Assembly: GCA_963763775.1 (NCBI GenBank)
Contig: CAVXPZ010000001.1
Span: forward strand, 1,280,001 to 1,344,000
Reading direction: 5' to 3'
Length of the DNA: 64,000 nt
Origin: an uncultured Chloroflexia bacterium
GTDB lineage: Bacteria > Chloroflexota > Limnocylindria > Limnocylindrales > CSP1-4
The translations under genes were made by a program, and so were the position numbers. The first letter of the stretch is position 1; each line of letters begins with the position of its first letter. The notes under the pieces are model-generated. The model saw only the letters and a list, made by a program, of their open reading frames with translations. It searched no databases and was not told the DNA's origin. Of this stretch, positions 9,747-24,398 are shown in pieces.

Positions 9747-10875
9747 AGTCGAACAGGAAGCGGTCCTTGCGCGGGTAGACGCCGCGCTTGTACGAGCGCG
9801 AGCCCACGCCGGTCTGCGCCCGCGAGCAGACGGCCCAGTCCTGCTGGGAGATCAGGTCCCAGAGCTCGACCACGGGCTCGGGCGCGAAGTCCGCGGCGGC
9901 GATCGTCTCGGGCCGGAACAGGAACTCGGAGACCACGGTCGTGTGCCCGGCACCACTCGGGTAGGCGATGTAGTACATCGCGCAGTCCGGGTGCAGGTTG
10001 AGCATCAGGTTCGGGAACTGGAACGTGCCGTAGTACATGCCGTAGTCATCGGGCCGCAGGTCGGGCAGCTTCGGAAGCGACGACTGCCCGCTCTTCGTGA
10101 AGGACGTCGCCCCCTCGATCATCCAGTTCCCGTCGTCGCGGGTCTCCTCGTCCCAGACCTCGCCGAACCGGTAGAGCGGCACCACCTGCACGAGCTCGGG
10201 ATGGATCGTCGGACAGTGCAGGCACTCGTTGTAGTTCTCGACGACGATCTTCCAGTTGGCCTGGACCTCGTAGACGAGGCGAACGCCGATGCGCATCTCG
10301 TCGAGCCGGTAGCGGTCGAAGTTCGTGATGCTCTCGGTCCCGTCGCGGAGATCCTCCAGGAGCGGCCGTGGCGTCCCCTCGGTCAGGTTGACGAAGAGGA
10401 ACCCGCCGTAGGTGTCCACCGCGACGGCGTGGAGCGGGTAGTCCCCCCGGAGGAAGGCCTCGTCCTCGTCGACGTTCGGCGTCCCGACGAGGCGGCCGTC
10501 GAGGTCGTAGGACCAGGCGTGGTACGGGCACTTGAAGACCTTGCTGACGTGCCCGCAGGCCGGCTCGTCGTCCAGCAGCTTCGTCCCGCGATGGGCGCAG
10601 ACGTTGTAGAAGGCCCGGATCTCGCCGTCGCGGTTGCGCGTGATGAAGATCGACTCCCCGGCGATGTCGCGGACGAGGTAGTCGCCGGCGGTCGGGATCT
10701 CCTCGGCTCGCCCCGCGCACACCCAGCCGCCCCACCAGACGTGTTCGCGCTCCTCGGCGAACACCGTCTCGGTGGTGTAGTCGGTGCCGGCAAGCGTGGG
10801 CTGCGGGCGCCAGGGCCCGCGAAGGTGCGCCTTGGCCGCGGCGACGTCGCTCGGTCGTGAGGTGGTCTGCGTCAT
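9700..10875 (-). CDS. Rieske non-heme iron oxygenase alpha subunit (GbcA/choline monooxygenase-like)
   Basis: CAHRG...CPYHAWSY Rieske motif, NWK..ENYNECLHC..IH, and QD..VC. Confidence 0.88.
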   Translation of the reverse strand: MTQTTSRPSDVAAAKAHLRGPWRPQPTLAGTDYTTETVFAEEREHVWWGGWVCAGRAEEIPTAGDYLVRDIAGESIFITRNRDGEIRAFYNVCAHRGTKLLDDEPACGHVSKVFKCPYHAWSYDLDGRLVGTPNVDEDEAFLRGDYPLHAVAVDTYGGFLFVNLTEGTPRPLLEDLRDGTESITNFDRYRLDEMRIGVRLVYEVQANWKIVVENYNECLHCPTIHPELVQVVPLYRFGEVWDEETRDDGNWMIEGATSFTKSGQSSLPKLPDLRPDDYGMYYGTFQFPNLMLNLHPDCAMYYIAYPSGAGHTTVVSEFLFRPETIAAADFAPEPVVELWDLISQQDWAVCSRAQTGVGSRSYKRGVYPRKDRFLFDFNEQYRRRMSRPTIG

Positions 10876-10951
10876 CGTCGGCCGATGATAGGGCACCGAG
10901 GCCGTTCGTCGGCCGCGGTGGACCGACCTGGACCGGCCCGTGCGACGACGT

Positions 10952-12625
10952 TCAGGCGCGGCTGGCCGCCACACGTTCGGCGGCGAGCCGCGCCGGTTCG
11001 TGGCCGGTCACGGCCTCGAGGAAGGCCTCCCGACCCAGCTTCAGGAGCACCGACGGCTCCGTCGCCGTGACGGTCGCCGTGCGGCGAACGTCGTGGAGGA
11101 GGGCGATCTCGCCGAACCCCTCGGCGCGGTCACCGGCGAGGCGAAGGAGCGACCCGTCCCGGCTCACCGCCATCTCGCCGCTCTCGAGCACGTAGTACGC
11201 GTCGCCCACGTCGCCTTCGCGGATGATCGCCACCCCCGGCTCGACCGTGATCCAGCGGGCCCCCCGGGCGACGCACTCTTGCTGGGGCGGCGGGAGCGGC
11301 GCGAACAGGACCACGCGGCGGAGCAGGCCAAGGGCCCTGACCGGGACGAGCACGTCGCGGTCCATGCGCGCGAGACCGGCCCACGACAGGGCCACGGCGA
11401 GCGGCAGGATCAGGCCGACGAGGACGGCGGTCACCCGGACGCCGAACACGTCGGCCAGGATGGACACGGAGACCGCGCCGACGGCGAGCCCGGCGAGGCC
11501 GATCCCCTCGAGCGCCCCCAGGATGCGCCCGAGCAGCGCGTCGGGCGAGACCCGCTGGAGGATCGTCCGCCCGACCACGTCGCTGGCGGCGAGGCCGATC
11601 CCGGCGATCGCGATGAGCGGGGGCGCCAGCCAGGGCAGCGCGAGCGCCCCGAGGACGACGAGGGCGACGCCGCAGACGAGCACCGCCGCGGCAAGCGATG
11701 GGGCCAGGCGCTGTCGCCCGACGAGCGAGAAGGTGATGGCCCCGCCGACGATCGTGCCGACGCCCAGCGCGGCATTGAGCAGCCCCGCGGCCGAGTCCCC
11801 GGCGTCGAAGAGCTCGAGCGCGAGCAGGACGAACAGCACGTCCATGGCCCCGACCACGACCATGCGCAGCCCCAGGATCATGACGACCAGCCGGGTGTTG
11901 GGCTCGCGGCCCACCATCCGGAGGCCGTCCAGGAGGCTCACGGCCTCGTCCGGGGCATCGGTGGTTCGGCTCCGACCGATCGGCGGCGCGCTCCGGGCGA
12001 ACACGATCGGCCGCGGCAGCCGGGCGACGAGCAAGGCGGCGATGACCGATGCGACTGTCGCGGCGGCGAAGACGGCGGCCGGCGTCGACACGGCGAGGAT
12101 CGCCGCGGCGGCCAGCGGCCCGAGCATCAGGCCGAGCCCCTCGACCGTCCCGGACAGACCGTTCGCGGCGCAGAGCTCCTCGGGCGTCCGGGCGAGGCCG
12201 GGCAGCAGGGCGCCCTGCGTGGGACGCGCGACCGGGAACGCCACGGCGAGCGTCGTGGCGGCGGCGTAGACGACGAGCGGGCTGGCGCCCGACGCCATCG
12301 CGAGGCCGGTCGCCGCCGCCGCGGCGGCCATCGCGAGGTAGCCCACGGCCAGGACGCGGTCGCGCGGGAACCGGTCCGCGAGACTCGCGAGGAATGGGGC
12401 GAGCAGGGCGGCCGGGATGAGCTGGATCAGCACGACCAGGCCGACGCTTGCGGGGCCGGTGGCGTCGTAGGCGTAGAGCAGCACGACGATCCACGTGCCG
12501 AACTCCACGATGTTGAAGAGCAGGAAGGCGAGCTGGACCCGGCGCAACGCCGGGCTTCGGCTCGTGGACCGCACGACGCTGCCCGTCAGCGCGAGGTGCT
12601 CGCGGAGCCGTCGGAGCGTCGTCAC
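10952..12625 (-). CDS. MFS transporter fused to a cyclic-nucleotide-binding domain
   Basis: About 12 TM helices with LADRFPR; C-terminal IIREGDVGDAYY...FGEIALL...RRTATV. Confidence 0.85.
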   Translation of the reverse strand: MTTLRRLREHLALTGSVVRSTSRSPALRRVQLAFLLFNIVEFGTWIVVLLYAYDATGPASVGLVVLIQLIPAALLAPFLASLADRFPRDRVLAVGYLAMAAAAAATGLAMASGASPLVVYAAATTLAVAFPVARPTQGALLPGLARTPEELCAANGLSGTVEGLGLMLGPLAAAAILAVSTPAAVFAAATVASVIAALLVARLPRPIVFARSAPPIGRSRTTDAPDEAVSLLDGLRMVGREPNTRLVVMILGLRMVVVGAMDVLFVLLALELFDAGDSAAGLLNAALGVGTIVGGAITFSLVGRQRLAPSLAAAVLVCGVALVVLGALALPWLAPPLIAIAGIGLAASDVVGRTILQRVSPDALLGRILGALEGIGLAGLAVGAVSVSILADVFGVRVTAVLVGLILPLAVALSWAGLARMDRDVLVPVRALGLLRRVVLFAPLPPPQQECVARGARWITVEPGVAIIREGDVGDAYYVLESGEMAVSRDGSLLRLAGDRAEGFGEIALLHDVRRTATVTATEPSVLLKLGREAFLEAVTGHEPARLAAERVAASRA

Positions 12626-12719
12626 GCGAGCGTCGGACGGCGGGCGGCGCGAGACATCCGCCGCAGTGTACGCAGCCGCACCCCTCGCGGCGTCGTGATC
12701 CGCCGGGTCGGGGCGGGCG

Positions 12720-14261
<1,542 letters not shown>

Positions 14262-14346
14262 GACGATGACCTCGTGTGGTGGGTCGCCGGTGCGGCGAGC
14301 CGATTCGAACGTACCTGCACGATACAGCGTCGCGTTCGACGCGACC

Positions 14347-15237
14347 TCAGGACGACGACCGATCCGCGGGATCGGGCCACTGGAGGTCCGTCATCGGGAC
14401 ACCTTCGATCGGCACCGGCCGCGGGTCGCCCCTCGGCGACGGCCGGACCGTCATGACGATCGTCACGAGGACACAGCCCACCGCGATGGCGAGGGCGATG
14501 ACCGAGCCCATCGGGAGAGGGCCGACGACCGCCGGGTCCCGCCAGGTGGTCGCGATGACCGCACGGCCGATGGCCCACGCCGCGAGCCCCACGAAGAGCA
14601 CCCGGCCGTCCCTGGTGCGGAACGCGCCGATGGTCAGCGCCAGGCCGAGGATCAGGGCGATGAGCAGGGTCACCGCGCCCTCGAGGATCTGCGACGGCAC
14701 CGACGGCAGGGCCGGCGCCAGCGACCCCCACGGGCCCGGACCGAGGTACGCCGTCGCCCAGCCCGCATCGCTGGGCTGGCCCTGCCCCGCGCCGCCGAGG
14801 GCCATCGTGAGCTTGCCCGCGCCGAGCGCGAAGAGGGCCGGCAGGACCGCGAGGTGCATCCAGCGTCCGATCGGGGCGCCGAGGAGTCGAGCGACGTACG
14901 CCCCCGTGAGCAGGCCGCCCACGACGGCGAGTCCGAGTTCCAGCCCGCCCGTGGCCGGGTCGACGATCTCGCTGATCCTCGTGCCGTAGTAGTCGACGTG
15001 GAGCAGCGCGTAGCCGATGCGCCCCCCGATGACCGCGCCGGGCACGATCCCGACGGCGATGAACAGCAGATCGTCCGGCCGCAGGTCCGACCGGCGGGCC
15101 ATCAGACCGGCGGCGATGAGGGCAGCGGCGATGACGATGGCGAGCGCCACCGTCTGCCAGCGCACGACCAAGCCGTCGGTCAGGCGCAGCAGCGGGTCGA
15201 AGTCGAACGCGATGACGGCGGTCGGCACGGTGTCCAC
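14347..15237 (-). CDS. Divergent Lgt-family membrane protein (catalytic motifs degenerate)
   Basis: FDFDP...VVRW, GAVIGGRIGY and PSQILE resemble Lgt; it lacks the R.GNF.N.E signature. Confidence 0.7.
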   Translation of the reverse strand: MDTVPTAVIAFDFDPLLRLTDGLVVRWQTVALAIVIAAALIAAGLMARRSDLRPDDLLFIAVGIVPGAVIGGRIGYALLHVDYYGTRISEIVDPATGGLELGLAVVGGLLTGAYVARLLGAPIGRWMHLAVLPALFALGAGKLTMALGGAGQGQPSDAGWATAYLGPGPWGSLAPALPSVPSQILEGAVTLLIALILGLALTIGAFRTRDGRVLFVGLAAWAIGRAVIATTWRDPAVVGPLPMGSVIALAIAVGCVLVTIVMTVRPSPRGDPRPVPIEGVPMTDLQWPDPADRSSS

Positions 15238-15470
15238 CAGTGTATCGAAGGCGAAGGTGTCGGCTGGCCGACACCCCTCGTGTCAGCCAGCGGGTCGTCG
15301 GGGCGTCGGCGGGCAGACAACATCGTGCCAAGCCGGTGGGGCACGGGGGCGCTTCCACCAGCCGGGGGCGGTGAGGATCGGCGAGTCGGGGGACTCGCCG
15401 TTCCCGATCCCGGCGCCCGGCCCATGGGGGGACGGGCCGGGCGTCGGGGCTCACGAGGGCTGGGACGTAC

Positions 15471-16283
15471 ATGCCACGACGCGAAGCCACCCGTCGCGCG
15501 ACGATCCGGGTCGACCTGCTCGGATCCCTCGAGGTGCGCACCGCCAGAGGTGCCCCGATCTCCCTCGGCGGTCGCCACGCCCCGGCACTGTTCGCCCTCC
15601 TGGTCCTGGCTCGTCGGCCGCGTTCGCGCGAGGCGATCGCGGCTGACCTGTGGCCCGAGGCGGACGCCACCTCCGCCGCCATGCTCCGCCAGGCGCTGTG
15701 GCTCGTCCGGCATGGGCTCGCTCGCGTCGGCATCGATCCGGTCTCGATCCTGGACATCCGCCCAGAGTCGATCGGGATCCGGCCGGACGCCTCGCTCGAC
15801 GTCGACGTCGAGGCGTTCGAGTCCTGCCTCGACCGCCCGGATTGCGGGGCGGAGCGAGCCGTCGAGCTCTACCGTGGCGACCTCGTCGAGTCGCTCGGCC
15901 ACGACTGCTTCGCCGCCGAGCGCGAGCGCCTCGCCGACCGTTACGAGGACGCCCTCGTCACGGTGGCCCAGCAGGCCCTGGCCCAGGGCGACCTGTCGCG
16001 TGCCCGTCGCGTCGCCGAGCAGGCGATCGCCCGCGATCCCATCCGCGAGGAGGCGCACGCGGTGCTCATCACGGTCCTGGGCCTGATCGGTTCGCGATCA
16101 CAGGTCGTCCGCCAGTACCGGCGGCTGGAGGCCGTGCTGTCCCACGAGCTCGGGGAGCCGCCGCTGGCGGAGACCGTGGCCGCGTACCGTCAGGCGATGC
16201 GGGACGTCGTCAGCCGCTCGATGGAGCAGGTGGCCCTCGCGAGCCTGGACCACCGGCCGGCGCTCGTCGCGGTCGGTCCCTGA
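15471..16283 (+). CDS. SARP/BTAD-domain transcriptional regulator
   Basis: LLGSLEV, REAIAADLWP, DVDVEAFE, AVELYRGDL and DPIREEAH. Confidence 0.85.
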   Translation: MPRREATRRATIRVDLLGSLEVRTARGAPISLGGRHAPALFALLVLARRPRSREAIAADLWPEADATSAAMLRQALWLVRHGLARVGIDPVSILDIRPESIGIRPDASLDVDVEAFESCLDRPDCGAERAVELYRGDLVESLGHDCFAAERERLADRYEDALVTVAQQALAQGDLSRARRVAEQAIARDPIREEAHAVLITVLGLIGSRSQVVRQYRRLEAVLSHELGEPPLAETVAAYRQAMRDVVSRSMEQVALASLDHRPALVAVGP

Positions 16284-16357
16284 GGCCCGAGCCGGGAACC
16301 GCCATCGACCCGGCGGCGTTCGAGGGGTGTCACGCCCATCCCCGCTAGGATGCCGCC

Positions 16358-16828
16358 ATGCCACGAACGACCACGCCGATCCTCCGACTCGTCACCGCGA
16401 CCGCCATCGGGATGACGGTCGTCGCCTGCTCCGCCGCGACCGGCGGCTCGCCGGGCGCCGGCACACCGAGCGCCGGCGCATCCGCATCCCTTCGGCCGGC
16501 ACCGTCCGTCGAACCGCGCCCGACGATCACCACGACCGCGTCGCCCGTCACCGGTGAAGTCCCGGCCGCGGTGATGGACGCGGTGAACGCCCAGCTCGCG
16601 ACCGACACCGGGACCGACCCGGCCACCGCGACGGTCGTCAAGGCCGAGGCGGTCGAATGGCCCGACGGCTCCCTGGGCTGTCCGCAGCGCGGCGTCATGT
16701 ACGTCCAGGTGGTCACGCCGGGCTATCAGGTGGTGCTCCGGCAGAACGGCCGCGACTACGACTACCGCGTGGCCGGCGAGGGCCAGTCGATCCGCCTCTG
16801 CGAGGGACTCCAGCCGGCCGCGAGCTGA
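16358..16828 (+). CDS. Hypothetical lipoprotein
   Basis: Lipobox VVAC, Pro/Thr linker, and a WPDGSLGCP...Y.QVVTPGY domain. Confidence 0.75.
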   Translation: MPRTTTPILRLVTATAIGMTVVACSAATGGSPGAGTPSAGASASLRPAPSVEPRPTITTTASPVTGEVPAAVMDAVNAQLATDTGTDPATATVVKAEAVEWPDGSLGCPQRGVMYVQVVTPGYQVVLRQNGRDYDYRVAGEGQSIRLCEGLQPAAS

Positions 16829-16880
16829 CACACCGCTGGGCGACGGGATGAGGGATGCCGTCGCGCCAGGGCAGAACGAG

Positions 16881-16912
16881 GAAGGAGCCGAGGCGGGTGC
16901 CTCGGCTCCTTC
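16881..16912. terminator. Probable bidirectional terminator
   Basis: Perfect 14-bp inverted repeat GAAGGAGCCGAGGC-gggt-GCCTCGGCTCCTTC between convergent genes. Confidence 0.75.
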
Positions 16913-16951
16913 GATCTTCGGTTCGACGAGGCGCCGGCGGCGCCCCGGTCA

Positions 16952-19900
16952 CTAGGGAGTGTCGACGAGGACGGTGGTGGCGTCCCGACCGGCGGGAGCA
17001 CCGCCGTGGGAGTCACCGAAGTCCCGCGCGGCGTTGTTGACGAGCAGCAGCCCGGTCTCGCTCGGGTTCGTGAACCCGGAACCGCTGAAGTCCAGGACCG
17101 TGACATCGGCCGAGCCGTTGCTCGGGATGTCGCCGCTCGTGTTGAACGTGTCGACATCGAAGACGCCCAGGTAGCGCTCGCCGAGCGGCGCGACCGTGAT
17201 GCCCTCGATGCTGTCCGTGAGATTGCCGGTGAAGTAGTTGTCGAAGGCGCCGACGGACATGTCCATCGGCTGGAAGAAGTTCGTCGCGTTCATCCCGATC
17301 TGCTCGCCGCAGATGGTGAGCAGGGTGTTCGCGTCGTTGGTGCCGTTGTCCGCGTAGAAGAACGCCACCGGGACCGCGTCGGGATCGTTGAGGTCGAAGG
17401 AGTACACGAGCTCCGAGATGTCATCCGTGCCAGCCGGCGCCGTGAAGATGACGTAGTCGGGCGTGCCGTCCTGGTTCGTGTCGAGCAGGACGTCGTACTC
17501 GCCGGGCACCGCACCGATGGTGCTGGCCCGCTCCCAGGTGTTGATGGCGATGACGTAGACGAATGACTCATCGGCCGAGCAGATAGTCCGCCGGGACCGG
17601 GAAGGTCTCGACGCCGACCGACTTGAGGTCGATGATCGGGGTGTTCGTGCCGCGACGCGCGGTCGGCAGGTTCGGGCTCGTGCCGACGAGCGAGTACGTG
17701 TCGACGGCGCCGACACCGATGCCGCTGTTCTTGACCGTGAAGACGCCGGCCGGGATCGGGTCCGGATCGCTCGGGACGACCGTGTCGATCGCCACGTGGG
17801 ACGGTGCCGAGATGACGGCCGACTTGCGCGGCAGCACGTGCCACGCGAGGTGGAGGCGGTCCTTGTCGTCGGCCTTCGTGGAGGTGTCGTTGAGCCAGAC
17901 GTAGCCGTCGTACTCGAGCAGGTCGAGCACGGAGGCGTTCAAGGCGTTGAAGCCCGCATCCATCCCCCAGCTCCGGAGCTTCTTGCCGGTGATCGTCATC
18001 GTCACCTTGAAGGTCGCGGAGCTGTGCTTGGCGACGGTGATGCTGCTCGGGACCGAGAGCTTCACGGCGCCGTTCGACCTGTCGTTCGCGTAGCGGAACG
18101 ACGTACTGATCTTGTAGGTGCGCTTCTTGCTGCTGTAGTTGTGGACGACGACCGTCTTCTTGATCGTCGTGGTCGTGCGGGTGACGTCGCGCAGCGAGAA
18201 CGAGAGGGCTGCGCGGCCGGTCGCCTTGTCCCACGCCGCGGACGGCGCCTTCAGGGCTCGGTCGACCCGGACCTCGCCGCCGCCGATGCGCGAGATCGGC
18301 GCCGGGTAGCCCGGCGCCCCCGGGATGTCGTTCTGGATCCGCGTCTCCGCGGTGTTCATGAGGAGCGCCTTGAGCTCGGCGATCGACCGCTTCGGGTACG
18401 CCTGCCGGAGCAGGGCGGCCGAGCCCGTGATCATGGGCGTGGCGCCGGACGTGCCGCCGAACGCGGCCATGCCGGTCCCGGACCCGGCGACGGCCGAGAC
18501 CGACGCGCCTGGTGCCCCGATCTCGGGCTTGATCTCGTTGTAGGGCGACGACGGGCCGCGCGACGAGGTGTTCGCCATGCTGCCCTTGAGCGAGATCGTG
18601 GCGCTGCCGATGGACACGTGGACCGTGTCGGTGTCGAGCGCCGACTTGATCGCCTCGCTCAGCTCCTGCTGGATCGAGATCGCCGGGACGAACGTCGTCC
18701 CGCCGCCATTGGCGAACGGGTACGCGTCGCCGGGGGCGACGAGCCCGATCATCACCGCGGTGGCCCCGGCCAGCGCGGCGCGCTCGACCTTGAGACTGAC
18801 CGAGCAGCCGCCGCGGTCGATGAGCGCGACCTTGCCGGTCGGGTCGGCGAGGTAGGGGTCCTCGGGGCTCCCGTCCTCGATCGAGCCCGCCGGGCAGCCC
18901 TGCCCGAGGTACACGACGTCACCGGAGAATCCGACCCCCGCCTGGAAGCCGGACCAGTCGAGGACCTGGGTGTTGGAGTACGTCCCCGCGATCGACGGCG
19001 GGGCCGTGACCACGAGCGGATAGCGGACCGCGCTGGGCACCTCGGTCTGCGCGACGGCGAAGGCCGTCTTCGCGTTCGCCGGCGTGCCCGCGATGTACGG
19101 GACGTTGCCGCCGTTCCCCGCGGCCGCGACCGTCAGGACCCCGATCTTCGATGCCTGGTCGATGGCCAGCGACAGGTCGTCGTCGTACGCCTCACCGTAG
19201 TCGCTGCCGATCGACATGTTGACGATGTCGAGGTGGTCGGTGGTCCAGCCGTCGCCGTTGGGATCGAGCGCCCAGTCGAGGGCCTCGATGAGGCCGACGC
19301 CGGAGCAGGCGGTGGCGACGGCGGAGCAGACCTTGAGCGCGTAGAGGCGGGCCTTCGGCGCAACGCCGTGGGCGCCGCCGACGATGTCGGCGACGTGCGT
19401 CCCGTGGCCCTCGAGGTCGATCGGATCGGGATCGGGATCCTCGATGCCGTCGCCGTTGGGCCAGCTCTCGCCGACGAAGTCGAAGCCGCCCACGACCTTG
19501 GCGGTCGGGAAGAGGCCGTCGAGCGTGGTGTTCTTGGGATCGTCGGGCGAGGTGCCGTAGGCGGCCTGGTAGGCCTCGGTGGTGCCGGCGCCGCCGAACT
19601 CGGTATGCGTGTAATCGATGCCGCTGTCGATGATGCCGACACGGACCCCCTTGCCGTCGAAGCCCTTCGCCTGGACCGCGGTCGCCCCGATGTACGGGAC
19701 CGTCTCGGAGAGGGCCTTCTTGTAGTCGACGACCGGTTGGATCGAGACGACGTCGGGGTCCTTCGCCAGGTCGTCGAGGACCGAGGCGCTGACGCGCAGG
19801 GCGACGATGTTCGTCGCACGCGACGTCTGGCCAAGGACCTTGGCGCCCTTGTCGAGACGCTTGGCCGACGCGATGAACGTCTTCTGCTGCACCTTGATGC

Positions 19901-20189
19901 GCCCGACCTGGGCCGTCTCCGCGGTCCGGCCGGCCGTCGCGAACGTCGAGGACGGCGCGGCCTTGAGGCGGACCAGCACGCGCTGGTCGCCCTTGGCGCT
20001 GACGAGCGCCTGATGGATCTTGCCCTTCAGGTCGGCCCGCGTGACGGTCTTGTCGAGCTTCATCGACTTGATCGAATCGGGCAGGGCGCGCGCCGCCGGG
20101 CCCGGGTTCCGGGCAAGGACGGCCCCGGGCAGCACCCCGGTCAGGAGCACAGCGATGGCCGCGATGGCGACCAGGATGCGGCGGTTCAT
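16952..20189 (-). CDS. Secreted S8 subtilase with PA domain and C-terminal extension; apparent frameshift near 17584
   Basis: Signal peptide; triad IIDSGID / HGTHVA / GTSGATP; PA motif GKVALIDRGGC. The C-terminus continues in ORF 16952-17716. Confidence 0.88.
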
Positions 20190-20356
20190 GGACCTCCCGT
20201 CAGGCGATGCCTGCTCTCCAAGATGTGGCTCGCGCGCGCATGGCGACGGGGACGGGGTCCGGGGCACTGGGGCGACGCGGATCCGGTCGTGGAGCCTGCG
20301 CGAGTCAGCCGCTGAGTCCGCCCGTCGAGCCTCCCGAACCGACCGGACGCCGCGAC

Positions 20357-20386
20357 AGCGTAATCCCGCCCGACACGCCGGGTCAA
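20357..20386 (-). promoter_or_regulatory. Sigma70-type promoter for the S8 protease
   Basis: TTGACC-N18-TACGCT on the minus strand. Confidence 0.5.
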
Positions 20387-20423
20387 CGAGCGATGTGGCG
20401 GGCGGTGCTCCTGGCGGGCTGGG

Positions 20424-21509
<1,086 letters not shown>

Positions 21510-21540
21510 TCACCGCCACGCCGCCAACGGAGCCATCTCG

Positions 21541-21702
21541 ATGTCCACCAATGCCCTCGCCACCCTCGGGATCCTGCTGGTCCTCCTGGCGATCCCGCTC
21601 GGCCTGATGCTCGCCCCGCTCATCGTTGGCGCGATCATCGTCGCCGTCAGCCTCCGCCGGGTCGGCGCCGCGGTCGCCCCCGTGGAAGGGGTGCCCGCGT
21701 GA
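21541..21702 (+). CDS. Small hydrophobic protein (53 aa)
   Basis: GGAG RBS; long hydrophobic stretch; stop overlaps the next start (GTGA). Confidence 0.55.
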   Translation: MSTNALATLGILLVLLAIPLGLMLAPLIVGAIIVAVSLRRVGAAVAPVEGVPA

Positions 21703-21847
21703 TCGCCGTCGTGATCTTCGCGGCGATGGTCCTCGTGGTCCCGGCAGTCCTGGTCCTCGGTGCGCTCGCCGCGGCCAGCCTCACCGTCGCCGCGATGGCC
21801 GCCACCGACGAGGCGAGCGACCTGCAGCTCGTGATCCGCTCGAACGT

Positions 21848-21851
<4 letters not shown>
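21699..21851 (+). CDS. Small hydrophobic protein (50 aa)
   Basis: GTG start coupled to the previous stop; long hydrophobic stretch. Confidence 0.5.
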
Positions 21852-23438
<1,587 letters not shown>

Positions 23439-23863
23439 CGACTCGGACTCCTCGGCGCGGGCGATCACATCACGGATCGACCGGCCGCGCGTGACGCCCC
23501 CGGGAGGGAGCGGAGTCGGCTTCCACAGTCGCGTTGCCGGCGACTCTACCACGTTGCCGACCGGTAGCGGCAAGGTTGCGTGACGGTGCCGGTGCCAACG
23601 GTCGACGAGCCGCCACCGCCGGCGTCGAGGACCCAGGATCCGGGGCCGCGTTGCGTCCGGTCGACGGAAGGGTGCGCGGACGCCACGAACGGGACCATCG
23701 AGCCCCGGGTCCCGGGACCTCCGGCGTGCTCGGCCGACCCGAGGCAGGTCTAGCGTCCAAGGCAGCGGCGATGCCGATCGCGGACCGGAGATGACCGGAC
23801 CGCTCGACCCGCCGATGACTCGAGACGAGCCCTCATCGGACGCGCGTTCCTGGGAGGTCGCAC

Positions 23864-24301
23864 ATGCACAACGGCAAGAGACGCATCCCCCTCATCGTGG
23901 GGATGGCGCTGGTCGCGATGGCCCTGGCCTTTCCGGTCAGTGTCGCGGCCCGCGAGAACCACCACGACCGGACGATCCCGCCCGACGTCCTCGGTGCCCA
24001 CACGTGGACCGGGACGGCCTGCGATGGCACGGCCCTGAGCGTGGCCTTCCACGTCACCGACCGCGGTCGACTCGTGTTCGACTCGGCCGCCGGGTCGGAG
24101 ACCCGGGTGCGCAAGCACCACGACTGGTTCACGGTCCGCTTCAACGGCAAGCGCGTCCGCATGGTCGCCTGGGTCAACTGGCGCCACGGGACCCTTCGCC
24201 TGCACACCCGGAGCTGGTCGGCGGACTGCCCGCCACCGGCCGATCCGCCCGTCGCGGATCCACCCCCGGTCGATGACGGCGGGAACGGCCAGAGCGGCTA
24301 G
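23864..24301 (+). CDS. Secreted hypothetical protein
   Basis: GGAGGT RBS, Sec signal peptide (VAA), two Cys residues and a Pro-rich tail. Confidence 0.65.
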   Translation: MHNGKRRIPLIVGMALVAMALAFPVSVAARENHHDRTIPPDVLGAHTWTGTACDGTALSVAFHVTDRGRLVFDSAAGSETRVRKHHDWFTVRFNGKRVRMVAWVNWRHGTLRLHTRSWSADCPPPADPPVADPPPVDDGGNGQSG

Positions 24302-24398
24302 TCCCGACACCACCCTCGTAACGGGCGAGAGCGCCGCGATCATCGCGGCGCTCTCGCCATGTCCGGCCCGGACGACCCGACGTCCCGCCCGCTCCGGC

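Noticed and set aside
12624-12657. 10-codon uORF coupled to the MFS-cNMP start (similar 7-codon case at 55379-55402)
   Set aside because: Each is one base out of frame with the main gene and carries its initiation signal. Given the indel rate, these are probably the true N-termini. This cannot be excluded without reads.
17796-20315. Long antisense or alternate-frame ORFs (also 5913-7784, 10940-12907, 46265-48880, 50306-52798 and others)
   Set aside because: These are shadow ORFs of GC3-biased real genes: Arg/Pro/Gly-rich and without recognisable motifs.
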